Shown: piece after piece, positions 50,390 to 64,000 of the stretch
How positions within the stretch are numbered: the first letter of the stretch is position 1
How the letters are laid out: each line of letters opens with the position of its first letter
From: Eledone cirrhosa
Taxonomy: Eukaryota
DNA: 64,000 nt
Assembly: GCA_964016885.1 (NCBI GenBank)
Contig: OZ024745.1
Span: forward strand, 101,928,001 to 101,992,000
Direction of reading: 5' to 3'
Translations under genes and position numbers: made by a program
The notes under the pieces: generated by a model
Told to the model about the DNA's origin: nothing
Database searches by the model: none
What the model saw: the letters and a program-made list of their open reading frames with translations, nothing else

Positions 50390-53300
50390 TCCCAGTTTTC
50401 CACCTTCAATTTACAGGCGCATACTCTCTCACCCATCTTTCAACAAAATGCTGGGAAGAGAGCACTTCCCTCTCTACTCTGATTTTCCTTTTCAAATGAA
50501 ATTTGAAAAAGTTAATCAGGGCATCACCGAAGAGGTAAGTGCTTGTCTTCAGCCCTTTCAAACATGTCCACCATACTATCTCCTTCGCCGTGGCTGCCCT
50601 TCCCGGCTAAAGGAAGAGGGCAGGGCAATCCTCACGATGGACTCAGCTGATAGCCGGATCCGTTCTACACGCGACAGCAGGTGTTCGACATAAACCCACA
50701 AGTCAGCAATGCTTGAACACTGGACGAGTGTGTGCAGGACGGTTTCGTCGCCCTGCGCGCATCTCGAACATGCCCGGCTGATGGCACTTCCATGCCTGTA
50801 GAATTTATCCCGAACTGGCAAAGCTCCTCGATAGCACTGCCAGGCCAGAGATTTCTGGAAATTGTCCATAGGATCCGGCCCGAAAGTTCTTCCGAAGAGA
50901 TTGGTTAGTTGATTTTCATCGACGCCTAGAGTTTCCCCAAATACGTCATCACTCTTCCCCTCCACTAATCCTCTATAGAACACCAAGGTGGAGTTTCCAC
51001 TGATCACATTGCCCGACTGGTCGAGGGCTGTGAGCACTTGGAGACATTCCAGTCTCCAAGCACTCCCTCTCGGTATTCGCTTGACCCAGGACTGCAGCTC
51101 TGTCAACTAGACAAGTTGGCGAAAGACGCGTCTAGCAAATGGCGACCACACCTGATCACCGTCGAGGAAGAGGTGGAGATGTCGTAGCCTGAGCGCGTGT
51201 CTGCGCATCATCAGCCACGGCATGCCCAGCCCTCCATGTAGCGGGTGTTGACAGCAGATGGACCGCCTGACCATTGGAGCACATCCCTTCCACAAAAAGC
51301 GAAAGAGCAAATGCTCCAGCGCAGTCAGGCAAGGCTTAGGACAAGGCACGACGGTCAGGCGGTAGTAGATGATGGACACGATGTACACATTCGCCACCTC
51401 CGCTCGACCTTTCAGGGATAGCTTCCTCTCCGCCCTTTTTTGGGTGAGAGAAGCCACTCTGCTCATCACCTCGTCCCAGTTTTTGTCCTTTTGGAGGTCC
51501 GGACCAAACCAGACCCCTAGCAATTTAACTGGTCTGTCCGTCCAGCGCCCGACGACACTGTTGGACGACATGGACCTGCCTCTCCAGGTGCCGAGCTGCA
51601 GGCCCACCGACTTTTCCTGGTTGATCATTGCTCTTGTCACTGCTTCGTATTCTCCTAGTGTAGTGCCGATCACCTCGATGTGTTTGGCGTTCAACACCAC
51701 TACGGTGACATCGCCCGCATATGCTGACATGGATCTTCTGCATCCTAGTTCACGCTGGACCCACTCTCAATGTCTCCAGTTTGTGCAGTAATGGCTCAAG
51801 AGTCAATACGTAGAAGAGGGACGAGAGGGGACATCCTTGGTGGACCGAGCGCATCATGTTGAATGGTTCCGAAAGGTGACCGTTCACTCTCACCACAGAG
51901 TAGATGTCGCTGTATATGGCAGCGATCCAACTTCTGAAGACGGGCCCAAAGCCAGCCGCCCTCAGGACTGCCGCCAGATAATGATGGTCGACCCTATCGA
52001 AAGCTTTCGACTGATCTAAATTGATCAAGGACCCACCCATGCCAGGTTCCCTAGCTACCCTCTCCACGATGTATTGCATGAGGTGGAGGTTGTCATGGAT
52101 GGATCTGTCGGGAATGGCGCATGTCTGCGCCTCTTCCACCAGACCACCAACAACAAGCGCCAAGCTCTTCGCTAGCATCTTGGCCAAAATCTTGAACTCT
52201 GTGTTTAGCAGAATTATGGGACTGAAATTATCTATGTTATCCCCCTTCTTCGGATCCTTTCTCAGCAGTGCCACCACTCCTAGGCTCACAGAGCTGGGAA
52301 TTCTCCCGTTCTGTTGCCAGTTGCAGTAGACGTCCGCCAAGAGGCCTCCGAACAAGTCTGGCATCTGTACATAAAGTTCATAGGGAAGACCATCCAAACC
52401 AGGCGATTTACCCTTTGTGCAGCTAGTCATTGCCTCCCGTACTTCAGCGGCTGTTATCGGCTTTTCGCAACACTCCGCCTCAGTGGCCGAGAGCCGCGGA
52501 AGTCCATCGAGGTAGGCACTAAAGTCCATCTCTCGATCCGGCCCACCGCTGCCCCTGAACAGCTGAACAAACTGTCGCTGAAAAGCTTCACACATTTGCT
52601 CGGGATTGAGTAACATGCGCCGGTCGTGGTCCACCAAAGACCGGATCATGGCTTTGTTGCCACGACGCGCCTCCGCCACTCGGGGCTATTGAACGGCTGC
52701 CGTCGCCTCGTGTCTGAGAGCACGCACCCTAGCTCTGACAATGCACCCTTTTTGCTTTGCATTAAAGAATTGGTCAAGGGCCAATTTCGCCGCAAATATG
52801 TCGGTCGCGATGCCTTTACTAAGCTACTCATCTAATTTTCTAACGAGTTCTCCCTCTGCTCTATTTTTCTCTATTGCTAAAGCCTTACTAAACCCAATGG
52901 ACTCTATTCTAACTGCTCTTTTCAGAGCAAACCACCATTTGTTGTTGACGATGGCCCCCGTCAACGCCCGCTTAACTAGTTCGCTAATCCGGTCTCTGTA
53001 GGCTTTGCGCGCTGTTAATGACGCATTTAGCTTCCAGTAGCCGGGTCCCTGTCTATGAAGCCTATCTAAGTCAACCTCAGATCACGAATTTGTGGTCCGT
53101 GTAGTCGACTATTTTGAAATGTGGACAGCCTATGCTAGACCTATCTATTTCCTTACAAAATACCCTATCTAGATATGATCTGGATGACTTGATGCAGTTT
53201 GTCCATGTCCACATTGGTACATTCGGGAAATCCAGATGGTACCTGTCAGACAGTTGAAACCATCTGAGCAGGTTTGCGAGGCTTTTACACCCTCCTCCCC

Positions 53301-53769
53301 TATCCGCTAATCCCACACGATCCCAGCGTGCATCTAAGATCCTGTTCCAGTCGACCACTAACACTAGAGAGCCGGACGTTCCAAGAAAGGTTCCCAGACG
53401 CCGGAAGAATTCAGGTCATCCTGCTCCTGTTGGGGCATAGGCGGCCACTAGCCTGAAAACTTGTCCTTCTCCGCTGGTCACATCTAGTATCACCAACTTA
53501 GCCTCTGGGTCCAAGAAGACGGCCCATATCTCGAGATCCAGACTTCTCCGGAACAACACGGCCACTCCCTCAGATCCGGGACGGCTTGGAGATGTGTACA
53601 CCTCGTAGCCGCCAAAAATGGGTGCGAATGCCCGTGCCTCAGAGATTCTGGTCTCTCTGATGGCCACCACATCTATGTTTAGCGACCTGAGATCGTTCAG
53701 TAAGTGGCCCTGCTTCCAAGACGACCCCAGGCCACATACATTTATGCTACCTATTCTGAGAGAAGCCAT
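50390..53769 (-). pseudogene. LINE ORF2 (APE endonuclease + reverse transcriptase + C-terminal Zn finger), frameshifted
   Basis: Endonuclease motifs SINVCGL, DWN, SYLDRVF, TDHK. RT motifs KSPGLDGLPYE, LDQSKAFDRVDH, QGCPLSSLFY, SAYAGD (YADD mutated). Zn finger CSRC...ETVLHTLVQC. Split across several ORFs; 3' boundary approximate. Confidence 0.92.
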
Positions 53770-53999
53770 GTTGGCTAGGATAGGCGGAAAACAAGTGAGA
53801 GGGGAGAGGTACAAAAAAATTACCTGTGGATCTTCTTTAGGAATGGGGTGGGTGATCGATCCCTCCGACCATTGGTGACTTTCTCCACGAGAATATCCGT
53901 GAATATTCTTTTGGTGATGTTCTCTCGATAATCTCCAATTGATGTGGGGAACATTTTTTTAAAGTTATGTAATTTTTTTCTGTAATTTCTATTATTTTT

Positions 54000-55579
54000 A
54001 TGTGTGTGGGGGGTGCAATTTTGGTGGTTTGTACGTAATTTGGTTCTGTGATGTTGGAGTGGTGTTGAATGTGATTTAAAAGCTTTGTGTTGTCTGTGTC
54101 TATGGCTGTGTATTGTGTGTTTGGGTGTTGGTGCTTTCTGTGTTTGCTGTTATGTTGTTGGAGGTGACGATGGGGTAGATGCTAAGGATGGTGGTTGTGG
54201 GGATGTGGCTGTTGATGGTGGTGGAGGAGGTGGGGGTAGTTTTCATTTTCTTTTTTTCTAGGGTTCTTTCTTGCTCTTTTTTTTTGGGGGGGGGGGGGGG
54301 ATGAGGGTAGGGAGTTCTACCTTTTTTTTGTTGGAATATTTCTCCACTCTTCGGCCTCATCACACTCCTTGTCCGATTTAGCTATATCAGGAAGGGGTGG
54401 TGGAAGAGATGGTGTTTTTGTTGTTTGGGATGGTGATTTCTCTTCTGCCACTGTGGTCTTTGTTTGTTTGTCTGCTCCAGTTGCGGGGCGCGGCGTGGGG
54501 GAGAAGGGGTGGGTGCGTGCCTGTTTTGGTAAGTTTGGGGCAGAATGCCTTAAGGTGCGTCTTGTCACCGCATCCATGACACCTTGGGTGCCTGCCTACC
54601 TTCGACAGTCACGGGTAGATGGCTGCCATCGTCCAGGTCTATTATATCGGGGATGGCCTCAATGCTCTCATGGTTTGCTTGGATGATTAGCTCCATCCCC
54701 GACCCTGTCCAATTTTCCTGTCTTATTTGAATGACGTTGAGTATGGTTGTTGAATCCTCAACGTCAGCGAGGATGGCTGCCATCAACCACGCCATCTCCA
54801 CTGAGGGCGGAACCTGGCCCACTCGAACCCTCACGACCCTCTGGCTGCAGTATATGGGCATCATTATGATTTCGTCACTACGGAGTGGTGCAATGGAGTG
54901 TGCTCTGGCCTCCTCTGGTGTAGCAAAGAGCACATCCACAGTACCATATCTCGATCCCCGGGCTATATATGTTTTCTGTGCCCAGACGGTGCCCATAGCT
55001 CTTTGGACCTGTGACTCCATTGCCCGTTCAACTCGCCGCGATTTTGATCCGATCGTGCGATAACTGACCGAACACACAAGCTTGTTTCTTATTATCTCAG
55101 CTGGGTGGGTGAGACTTACCCTGTGTCCGGTCTTTTTAACCAAGACCTTTGCTTGTTTTATCTCTTCGTTAGTGATGTGTACTTGTTCAAAATTGTTTGT
55201 TGCTTTAGCGAAAGATGTGTTTGTTTTGATTTGTGTTGGCTCATCACTAGTTTTGTCTTTGTTGCCATCGTTGGTGTTTTTTTGTTTTTTTCTGTGTTGC
55301 TGCTGTTATAGTTGTTGTTCTTTGGGTTCTTTATGGCTGTTGTTATTGTTATTATTGGGGTGGTGGTGGTGTCTGATTTTTCTAATGCAGGGAAGTTTTC
55401 ATTGTAATTTCCACTACTGCTACTACTGTTCCAGTGGCTGCTGCTGTTGTCACTACCACTGTCACTGCTGCTGCTGTTTCTCTTGTTTTTTACTTTGCCT
55501 AGTGATTGGGTGGAAATGGCTGTTCCACCCCCGAACAACTCGCTGTTCCTCCCTGTGGACAATTTTTTTTGTCCGCCAT
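54000..55579 (-). pseudogene. LINE ORF1 (gag-like with CCHC zinc knuckle), frameshifted
   Basis: The 192-aa ORF 54565-55143 is followed after a frameshift by CHGCGDKTHLKAFC (CX2CX4HX4C). Low-complexity N- and C-terminal parts; candidate ATG at 55579. Confidence 0.75.
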
Positions 55580-56073
55580 GTTTTTTTAAAATAAAATTTG
55601 GGGGTTATGATTGTAAATAAATGTAAATTTAGCCCTCAAGGGCACGAGATACAGTTAAAAAAAACACCTCCTTTGACAGAGGGGTTCTTTAACTACACAC
55701 CGATGTAAAAAATATTATTAGAACTTTCGATAACTCATAAAAATTCAACTAACTTATTCCGCCGTAGTTACCGCCATCTTATAATAATAACAACAAATAA
55801 TAATAATAATAATAATAAGAAGAAGAAGAAGAATCAATAATAAATAAATAAAAAAATATGATAAAAGATGAATTTTAATGCTAAATATTCTAAGGCTACT
55901 TACATGAATTTCACAGAAACTTAGCATTGAGATGTATAATGTCGTATTTTATTTTTCACCTATTTGTTCATTTGTTTCTGTGGTTCCTTATTTTTACATA
56001 TATTTCATGTAGGGTATAATTAATTGCATTTGTTCTTGCTTAGGGGTAAACTGCAGGGAGTTTGTATTATAAG

Positions 56074-56109
<36 letters not shown>

Positions 56110-58168
56110 GACACTACTACTTTCACTGCTGCTGCTACTACTACTACTACCATCATTAAAAATAATAACAACAATGACAATGATAAATAATTTTATCTTC
56201 TATACTAAGTATATATAGCCAACAGGTATTTTACTTTTATCGGATATACCCAAAATGTTTTTATCCTGTTTAGAACTCTTGCTGCTAATGGAGTTTTGCA
56301 ATTTGAGAACTACATAAACTAAATAAGCTAAACACACCTCTTTGCCGCCTTAAGGATGATGGTGATGATGATAATAATAATGGTTTCTGACTTAGACACA
56401 AGGCCAGCAATTTTGAAGGAAGGGAAAGTCGATTAAATTGATCCCAGTTCATTACTGGTACTTTATTTTATCAACCCTGTAAGGATGAACGGCAAAGTTA
56501 ACCTCAGTTGGGATTTGAACTCAAAACGTAAATGGACACAACTATATGCTGCAAAGTATGTTATTTGACGCTCTACCGATACCGCCAATCAAATTTCTAT
56601 TTTTCACACAAGGCTAACAATTTGAGAGGTGGGGAACAGTTGATTACATTGGTCTACCCATGAGTACTTGACTGGTACTTTACTTTATTGACCCTGGATG
56701 AATGAGAAGCAAAGTTTACCCAACTGGGATTAAAACATAGAACACAAAGAGGCAGAACAAATACCACAAGGGCAATTTTGCTTAAAGCTCTAATGATTCT
56801 GTCACTTCATCACCCTCAGGTGGTTGACACAATAATAATTGTTTCTACTTTTGGCAGAAGGCCAGCAATTACCCAGTACATTACCGGTACTTTATTTTAT
56901 CGACCCCAGAATAATAATAATAATAATTTCTTAGCCACATACGTCACTTTCTGACATGAAGAAAACATTAAAGACAGTACATGATGATAATATGTGTGTG
57001 TGGTGGTGGGGGTGCTTATGTGTAAAAGGTGAGATAACAGAAAACTAGAAACATGTCTTAGCCAAGAAGAAATATATCCACATACATGACAGAAGTGGAA
57101 TTTACATACAGTGGAGACAGCTGTTCTGGTGGCCTAGTGGGAGGTATTAGAGACAGTGGAGATTCTGGTCTGGGGTTCAATCCTGGTCGGGAAGTACATG
57201 TAGGGTGTCATATTAATCTTTTTGTCTAACCTATGCTAGCGTGGAAAATGGACGTAAAATGGTGATGGTGATGATGGAAGTTATGTCAGCATTATCAACA
57301 GAAATATGGTGGCATAAATATATTCCAGAAAAGGTATCAAAGAAGGATAAAGCAACCATACTTTGGCACATTTCAATACACCATATCATGTACATGGATG
57401 ATGAGAGTTGGATGAAGAAGTGATGGGAATTCTAAGTGGAAAGAAGCTGTGAAAGAAGATTAGATCAAAGAAGACATGTGCAGAAGTGGTTAAAAGCTGA
57501 TCTCAGGGTGTTGAACCTTGGAAAGGTGTTGACTAAGGGAAGAGAAAAGTAGAAGAAAGATATTCTGACGAGTGCAAGTGTGGAAATACAGACATAGAAA
57601 TGATAACAATAAAGTCTAAATCACAGTTATATACATGATACAAAAAGCCTCAGAAAAGGAAATGTTGTTGATAATTTGAGAGAAATAACAAAATTAAAAC
57701 AACTTCTTAAGTGTACCTCTGCTGAAAAATCTAGCTTGTTCAGACAACAAAATGTAAACTGTTTGCTTATAGTGCTGTTAAAGTAAGATGATAATATGAG
57801 AAAGAATAAAGAAGGTGAAAGTAGTGATATGATAGTTATGTAAAACCAGCCAATAACTATTGAAAAATTATGGTAATTTTATTGCCAGTTGAATATTTGT
57901 AGAGTATTTGTAAAACCGTTTTGCCATATAAATAATAAATGAATATAATTATAAAAAAAGGAAAGAAAATTCTTGAATAGTTAACATTTTTTTTATTAAA
58001 TAGGGATTTTAAAAACAATCAACACAATGATATAGAAAAAAGGATGAAAGAAAGAAGAAAGAAGAAAGCAGTATAGATGGTTGTCAATCACTAATGTTCT
58101 TTCCTATTAGTGTTCACATAAACTATTTGTCATTTACTATAATTATTTTAGAATTTACATATTATTAT

Positions 58169-58170
<2 letters not shown>

Positions 58171-58204
<34 letters not shown>

Positions 58205-58484
58205 TTATTTAACGTCTATCATCATCATCATTTTTTAACGTCTATCTTCCACGCTAGCATGGGTTTAGACGGGAATTGTTGCACGTGAGGCAAGATTGGT
58301 TGTCTTGCTCGTATAGGACTATCTGGCGGGTTTTCTACGGTTGGATGCCCTTCCTAACACCAACCACGTTTACAGTGTGGACTGGGAGGTTTTTACTGTG
58401 TTACCTCCACGGCCACATTACATCGTGGACTGTGTGTATTTTTTTGTTGTGACACCTACACGACCTCATTTATTTAGGACTGGA
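58171..58484 (-). mobile_element. SINE family B variant
   Basis: Homologous to 662-1065; (CAT)n tail. Confidence 0.8.
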
Positions 58485-59799
58485 TGTTGTGGTTAAATGG
58501 AATTGTTCTTTTTTTGTTTTTACTTCCTTTTCTGAAATTTAAAGCATGTATATGTTTACAACCTCATTTATTTTCATCAAATGATACCTGTTACTTCTCT
58601 CACCTACGTAACTACTATTAAGATGACATAAATTTTCCTACATATTTTTCTACCTGGCCTAGTCTAGGAGATGGTTAGAGGGGGGGAGTTTCTTTCGAAT
58701 AAGCCTGTCATTTATACCCATCTACAAGCATATTTTATGTTCTGTTACTCGCTTATCACCTGCTATTTGCCGTGGAAGGAAGAGGACATTAAAATCCATG
58801 AATACTCATTCTATCAAAATTTAGCTGAGAATATTTATTTTATGAATATCTTCCTACTAAGTAGATATTAAGAATACATATTGATATGATTACATTTTGA
58901 ATATAATAAAGATGAAAAGCAACATGAATATGAATCATTAATGGCTGATAGTATATTTAAGTGATAACCTGACATAACAAGTTAATCATCATTTCATCTA
59001 TAATATCTGTGCTTTATATTACTTGTATTAAGTTTAAATGCTGTTTTGTCACAAGGACAACTTTGGCAACTCTTTAGTCACTCTGTAGTGAACTGTAAGA
59101 TGTAAATTAAAGGATGTTACTTGCTGTAAATGAAAGGAAAAATCCTTAACATTTAATGAAATAGGGAAAGTCATTTGAATTTATTCAATCAAATGTGTTA
59201 GTTAGTGAGTGTCGGTGTATGTGTGTATTCCAACAGATAATACTAAATTCAGTTCTTTCTCCTCTTTTTAAGTCTCCTTCATTAACCCTTTAGCATTTAC
59301 ATTACTCTAGATTTACTATCGTATTTTTACTGTAAACACTTTATTTCTCATAATTATCTCACATAATACCAACTTTACAAGATTTTGTTATTATTCATTT
59401 TGAGAACAATATGTCTATATGAGCAGCTGGTTTGAAAAGAAATTGCTGTCCGGAAACAGCTGGTTTAAATGCCGATTTCTTTGAAATATAAGTTCACAAA
59501 ATGGCTTTATTTAACAAAGTATGTTGCGTCAGGTAAATATGAAAATATAATACTGTAGTAAGTTAAAATTCACAACAAACTATATAAAGGCATTTTGTCA
59601 GTAGCAAATAACATCATTGGAGCTACAGTTATCAACATTTGTAGCTTTTTGAGCAAGTATTTATAATGTTGATTATTTATAACTTAATAATTGGCACAAG
59701 GCCAGCAATTATCCAGTGCATTACTGGTACTTTATTTTATCGACCCCGTAAGGATGAAATAGAAGACATTCTTTCATCATCAATTGTAGTTGATTTGAA

Positions 59800-60830
59800 T
59801 CTACTGAGAACAAATTGGACAGCATAATGTATATAAAAACAAATGATCCATCTCCATTGAAAGAATAAATTAAATGCAAAAGTAAAAGTTGATCTGCCTT
59901 GATTTTGAATGAGTCAGCAGATGTTGCTTGTGAAAAATACCTGTGTGTGTGTGTGTGTGTTAGGTATTACAATAGATAATAAAATTAAAATTTCTTCATG
60001 GTTTTAGGGTTAATTCCTGTTAAAAAATATTTTGCTGAAGTGAAGTGTCAAATTGAGAAAATATTCTTGAGTGATGTGGGCATTAATAGTAAAAGCTGTT
60101 TTGCTATTGCAACAGCTGGAGTATCAAACTTTTGCGACATTATTAATTCTCTCTTTTGGTTAATGAAATAACACAATCCAATCATATAATGCATTTGCCA
60201 CTCTCTCTATTTAGCATGTTCCCTATGGGAAACTTAAAATTGTTTCCACAGATCAGTACTGCAGAGAGAATCTGACATGGGAATATATTTGTAGCAGTCA
60301 AATAAAGAACCATTGGAAAATGATTCCCATTTCAGCCACAAATTAATGATTAGCAGGAATTAAATGTGTAGAAAGAAATTCTTAGTGAGTGGGATGCATT
60401 AATATTATGTTTCCAAAAAAACATCTGGTTGTGACAAGTTTTATGCAAGGGAATTACATGTGATCTACTTAAGTGCAACTCAAAAATTTGAAGTCATTCC
60501 CACAGTGTAGTAGTGGTCAAGAAGGAGAGCAACAACACTTTAAAAATATAGCTGCTGAACATGGATTGTCAAATTTCTCAGAATATGCATTGTCTGTTTG
60601 CTGCATGCCACTGAGAAATGCAATGGTTCTAAGTGTGTTTCAAGAGTAACTTTTACCAAAACTAAACTAAGAAATAAGATGAGCTTGGATCTACCTTTGT
60701 CAATTTTAAGACTAAAAATGAAACATTTGCTGCAAAATAAAACCATGCTAAAGTATGGCACAAGCATCTATAAATGTGAAAAAGAAATTAAGGAAGACGA
60801 AAATGAAATTCTTGTTGCTTTAAAATCTTA
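59800..60830 (+). pseudogene. hAT transposase remnant
   Basis: LILNESADVACEKYLCVCV.RYY (DESTD-like) and CICHSLYLACS (CxxH motif); many stops. Confidence 0.6.
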
Positions 60831-61131
60831 ATGGTAAGACTCCTATTAGATATTAAGTTAAATTATCAAGTAATTAAATCAGAGCTAACCCACAAGCAAT
60901 GGTTATATACTGGGCTGGTTGGAGGAGATTGAATTTGTATAAAACAATTTCTTAAAGAATATCCAACATTTAAGCCTTTTGTTGCTGTATGTTTGATGAT
61001 ATATGCTGCCTATGATTTTCAAAACCAAGAATTCAAAGGGAATTAGTATAATATAACTAACTCTTTCATTATTAAGCTGCTGTTTGGAGCATAGCTTAAT
61101 AAAGGTTTTTACATAAAATTATGATGGCAGA

Positions 61132-61299
61132 TTTTTAAAAATAAATATAAATACTGTAAAACAAACAGGTTTGTATCATAGAACCATAAGTAGTTTCAGG
61201 TGGTTTGATATCACCCTTTGATATCAAACTATTTAAAACTGTTCATGGTTCCATGATAAAATTCAGCTTGTTTTAAAAGTATTTATATTTATCTAAAAA
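61132..61299. repeat. ~170-bp imperfect palindrome (MITE-like)
   Basis: ATAAATATAAATACT...TTTGATATCA ccct TTGATATCAAA...AGTATTTATATTTAT. Confidence 0.75.
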
Positions 61300-64000
61300 C
61301 ATTAAAATATAAAACTCCAAAGAAATTTTCTAATAAATGAAAATATATCCTATTTTTAAAATTTACTTTAACAACAATTGTATGAATTCATTCTCTCATT
61401 GCAGAGTGAATGAGCTCAGCTCCCTAAATTTGTTACACCTCCCTATATTATTCTAGCTCTAACTGTTCACAACACGAGGTTTCTTACACCTGATTGATTT
61501 TATTATTACTGTCAGTATCGGTAGAGGGTCGGACGCCATGCTTTGCAGCAAAGAGTTACGGCCCTTTATGGTCTGAGTTCAAATGCCGCCAAGGTTAACT
61601 TTGCCTGTCATCCTTACGGGGTCGATAAAATAAAGTACCAGTAATACACTGGGATAATTGCTGGCCTTGTGCCAAAAGTAGAAATAATTATTACTGTCAG
61701 TAGCTGCAATGTTAAGTATAATAGCTAGAGTAAAAATTAAAGAAGAAGTTTATGAGCTGTTACTTATGTTGGCCATGAAACTTTTCCTGTTAGATTATAT
61801 GTTAAAGTAGTATGGAGAGGTGGGTTAGGAAAGTTAAAAGCAGTTAGGGGGTCAGAGGAAAGGAAATGAAAGTTGCAGGCAAGAGTTGATTAAAGTAGCA
61901 GAATGGATGGTTGGAAAGTAGTAGAAAAGTGAACTCTTTCCTTATTTAAGAAAATAGTGTGATTTAATGGAGGTTAGATTGCTATTTCTAGTAGGTTAAA
62001 TGACTGTATAGAGGCTGTCTTGCATGTATTGGGGACTATGTTTATTCAACACTGACCAAGTCTACATGATATAGCCTATGTGGTCAGTATTGACATGGTC
62101 TGTCTTCTGTGCTGACCTGATGCATTTATCTGGAAATATATTCTACAGAGCAGTGTTGTATACACACATGTTGCTATTAACAGTTAGATCACTGCATCAT
62201 TAAAATGAGATTTTCATTGTTCTGCATTGCATGCCTTCTCGTTATACCACACAGGAAGGGTCTACTCTGAAGTAAGACCCAATCCCCTACAGATTGATAT
62301 ATCAGATTACCAAAAGTGAAGTCATTAATTTTGTTTACAACTTTGTCATGAAAGAAATATTGATTAGTGTGTGTCTGTGTGTGTTGGCACATCATTTATT
62401 CCTTTAAGATTTATTCAACAATACTCATATATGAACTAATTATAACAAGGATGTATACTTCACTAATCACCAATCTCTGTCTGTATCAGTTTAACTCTCT
62501 CTCTCCTTCCATGTATATTTATTTATTTAATGAATTCATGTAACATTCTACCTTCTCTATCTCTAGTGCCGTTTCCTCCCACTTTCTCCACTCATTTTAT
62601 TTTTATTTTTTTTCTAATCTCCCCTCTCTATTTGTTGTGTTATATTTTTGTCAGTTACTGTGAAATTCTTACAGTAAAAGCCTGACTACTTTTTCACTAT
62701 ACTTATAATCCTGGCACCAAACTTATTGATAAGTGTCCACTGATCTTTCTCTGAAACACCGATATTCTTTTTGTTTTCTCCCAGTATATATCATCATACA
62801 CACACACACATACAGAGAGAGGGAGAGATATTAATTTCTCTACAAATTCCCATCACAAATTCTCTTGTGGTTTCCAACTTTGCTTGCTTTGATTTCTATC
62901 AGACTGATCTCTTATCAATGCCAAAGGATATTTAAGCCTTCTATAAATGCTTTGGACTACCCAGCTTATAAGCATTTAATAACAAGTCAGTTTTTATACT
63001 CAGAAACAGAATTCCCTATTGGAAACAGAATTCAATGTAAAATATCTAATGAGTTACACTATCAGCATATGCCTTTGGATGAGTATTTACTTCCTATTGT
63101 GGCCACAAACTTATACTATAAATCCATATATTGATAAATTGAATAGGCAAATTGGCAGAGTTGTTAGCATTTCAGCTTAAATGCATTGCAGTATTTCTTC
63201 AGGTGCTCTGAGTCTCTGAGTTCAAATACTGCTGAGATCAACTTTGCTTTCCATCCTTTCAAGGTCAATAAATAAAATATCAGTCAAGGGTAGTGGATTG
63301 AAGGAATTTTACTTTCAGATAAATCCTGTTTGTTTGAAATGATCATATTGTTTAAAATACTTTCTAATATATAACTACCATGTACAACAGGAGAACATAA
63401 CTAATAAAAGAAACATACATAAAAAGAAATAACAAATTGTTAAAATACTGTCCAAAACATTGCAATATTTATTTTGATACATAATTTTAAATCAGTAACA
63501 CTGATGTTCTGACATAGAAATTGAAAATACGTAATTTCACTATATGTCAGTATAAAGGAATGAAATCTTAGAAGTATGATATTTTTAGATTATCTGGAAA
63601 GCTTTATTCTCATTCTAGTCCATATTCTCATTTTGGTAGTGTTATGATTTGTAAGCTTAGTCATGTTGCCAAAAATATGAATCTGTAAAATTGAATTCTA
63701 TGGCATCTTCTGCTTTTATCTACATATTCTATCAACAATGATTCTAACACAATCCAACAGTATTTGTGTTCCTTAAATATGCAGGCTATTGAGCACTCAT
63801 AGTTTTATACAAATAAAATTATAACTTCAAATTCAATTTTAAATAATATAATCATTCTACTTGTGATCTTCTCCTATTTGTACTTTTATAAATTCTGCTG
63901 AGATATTTCTTTGTGGAAACTATGAAAACATACAAAGAATCACATTTAAATATTATTCATTTAACTTTATTTTTTGATATACCTATATTGTTTACAACTT

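Larger units (their letters stand above)
50156..55780 (-). mobile_element. Near full-length Tx1-clade (L1 group) non-LTR retrotransposon, degenerate, within an (AAT)n-rich tract
   Basis: GC-richer 5.6-kb block with ORF1 and ORF2 remnants. The 5' end begins AAGATGGCGG and the 3' end reads ...GGTTAATAAAGAAAGC followed by (ATT)n. AAT-type repeats flank both sides. Confidence 0.9.

Noticed and set aside
51369-54686. Plus-strand ORFs of 100-140 aa
   Set aside because: Antisense shadows of the minus-strand LINE ORFs.
62865-63134. Possible next KATNIP exon
   Set aside because: The required phase after the candidate acceptor hits a stop, and there is no similarity to the expected motif.

Overview
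AT-rich, microsatellite-dense eukaryotic DNA. The SINE/LINE repertoire looks cephalopod (octopus-like); this is inferred, not proven. Nearly all short ORFs in the track are microsatellite or antisense-TE artefacts. One convincing host exon (29990-30162, +) matches my recollection of KATNIP/KIAA0556, so the window is probably mostly large introns of that gene. Other contents: a near full-length degenerate Tx1-clade LINE (50156-55780, -), a DD37D (maT) Tc1/mariner element, RTE LINE fragments, three SINE families, MITEs, a Helitron-like element, pogo/hAT/mariner remnants and an 80-bp minisatellite. The most notable signal is a set of short, non-coding elements of unrelated sequence embedded in (TA)n arrays. 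Several carry minimal type I hammerhead ribozyme motifs, and several share a 'unit + partial direct repeat + inverted end' layout. They look like Penelope-type pLTR fragments or retrozyme-like elements. All structures were read by eye, and TE boundaries are approximate unless termini are quoted.
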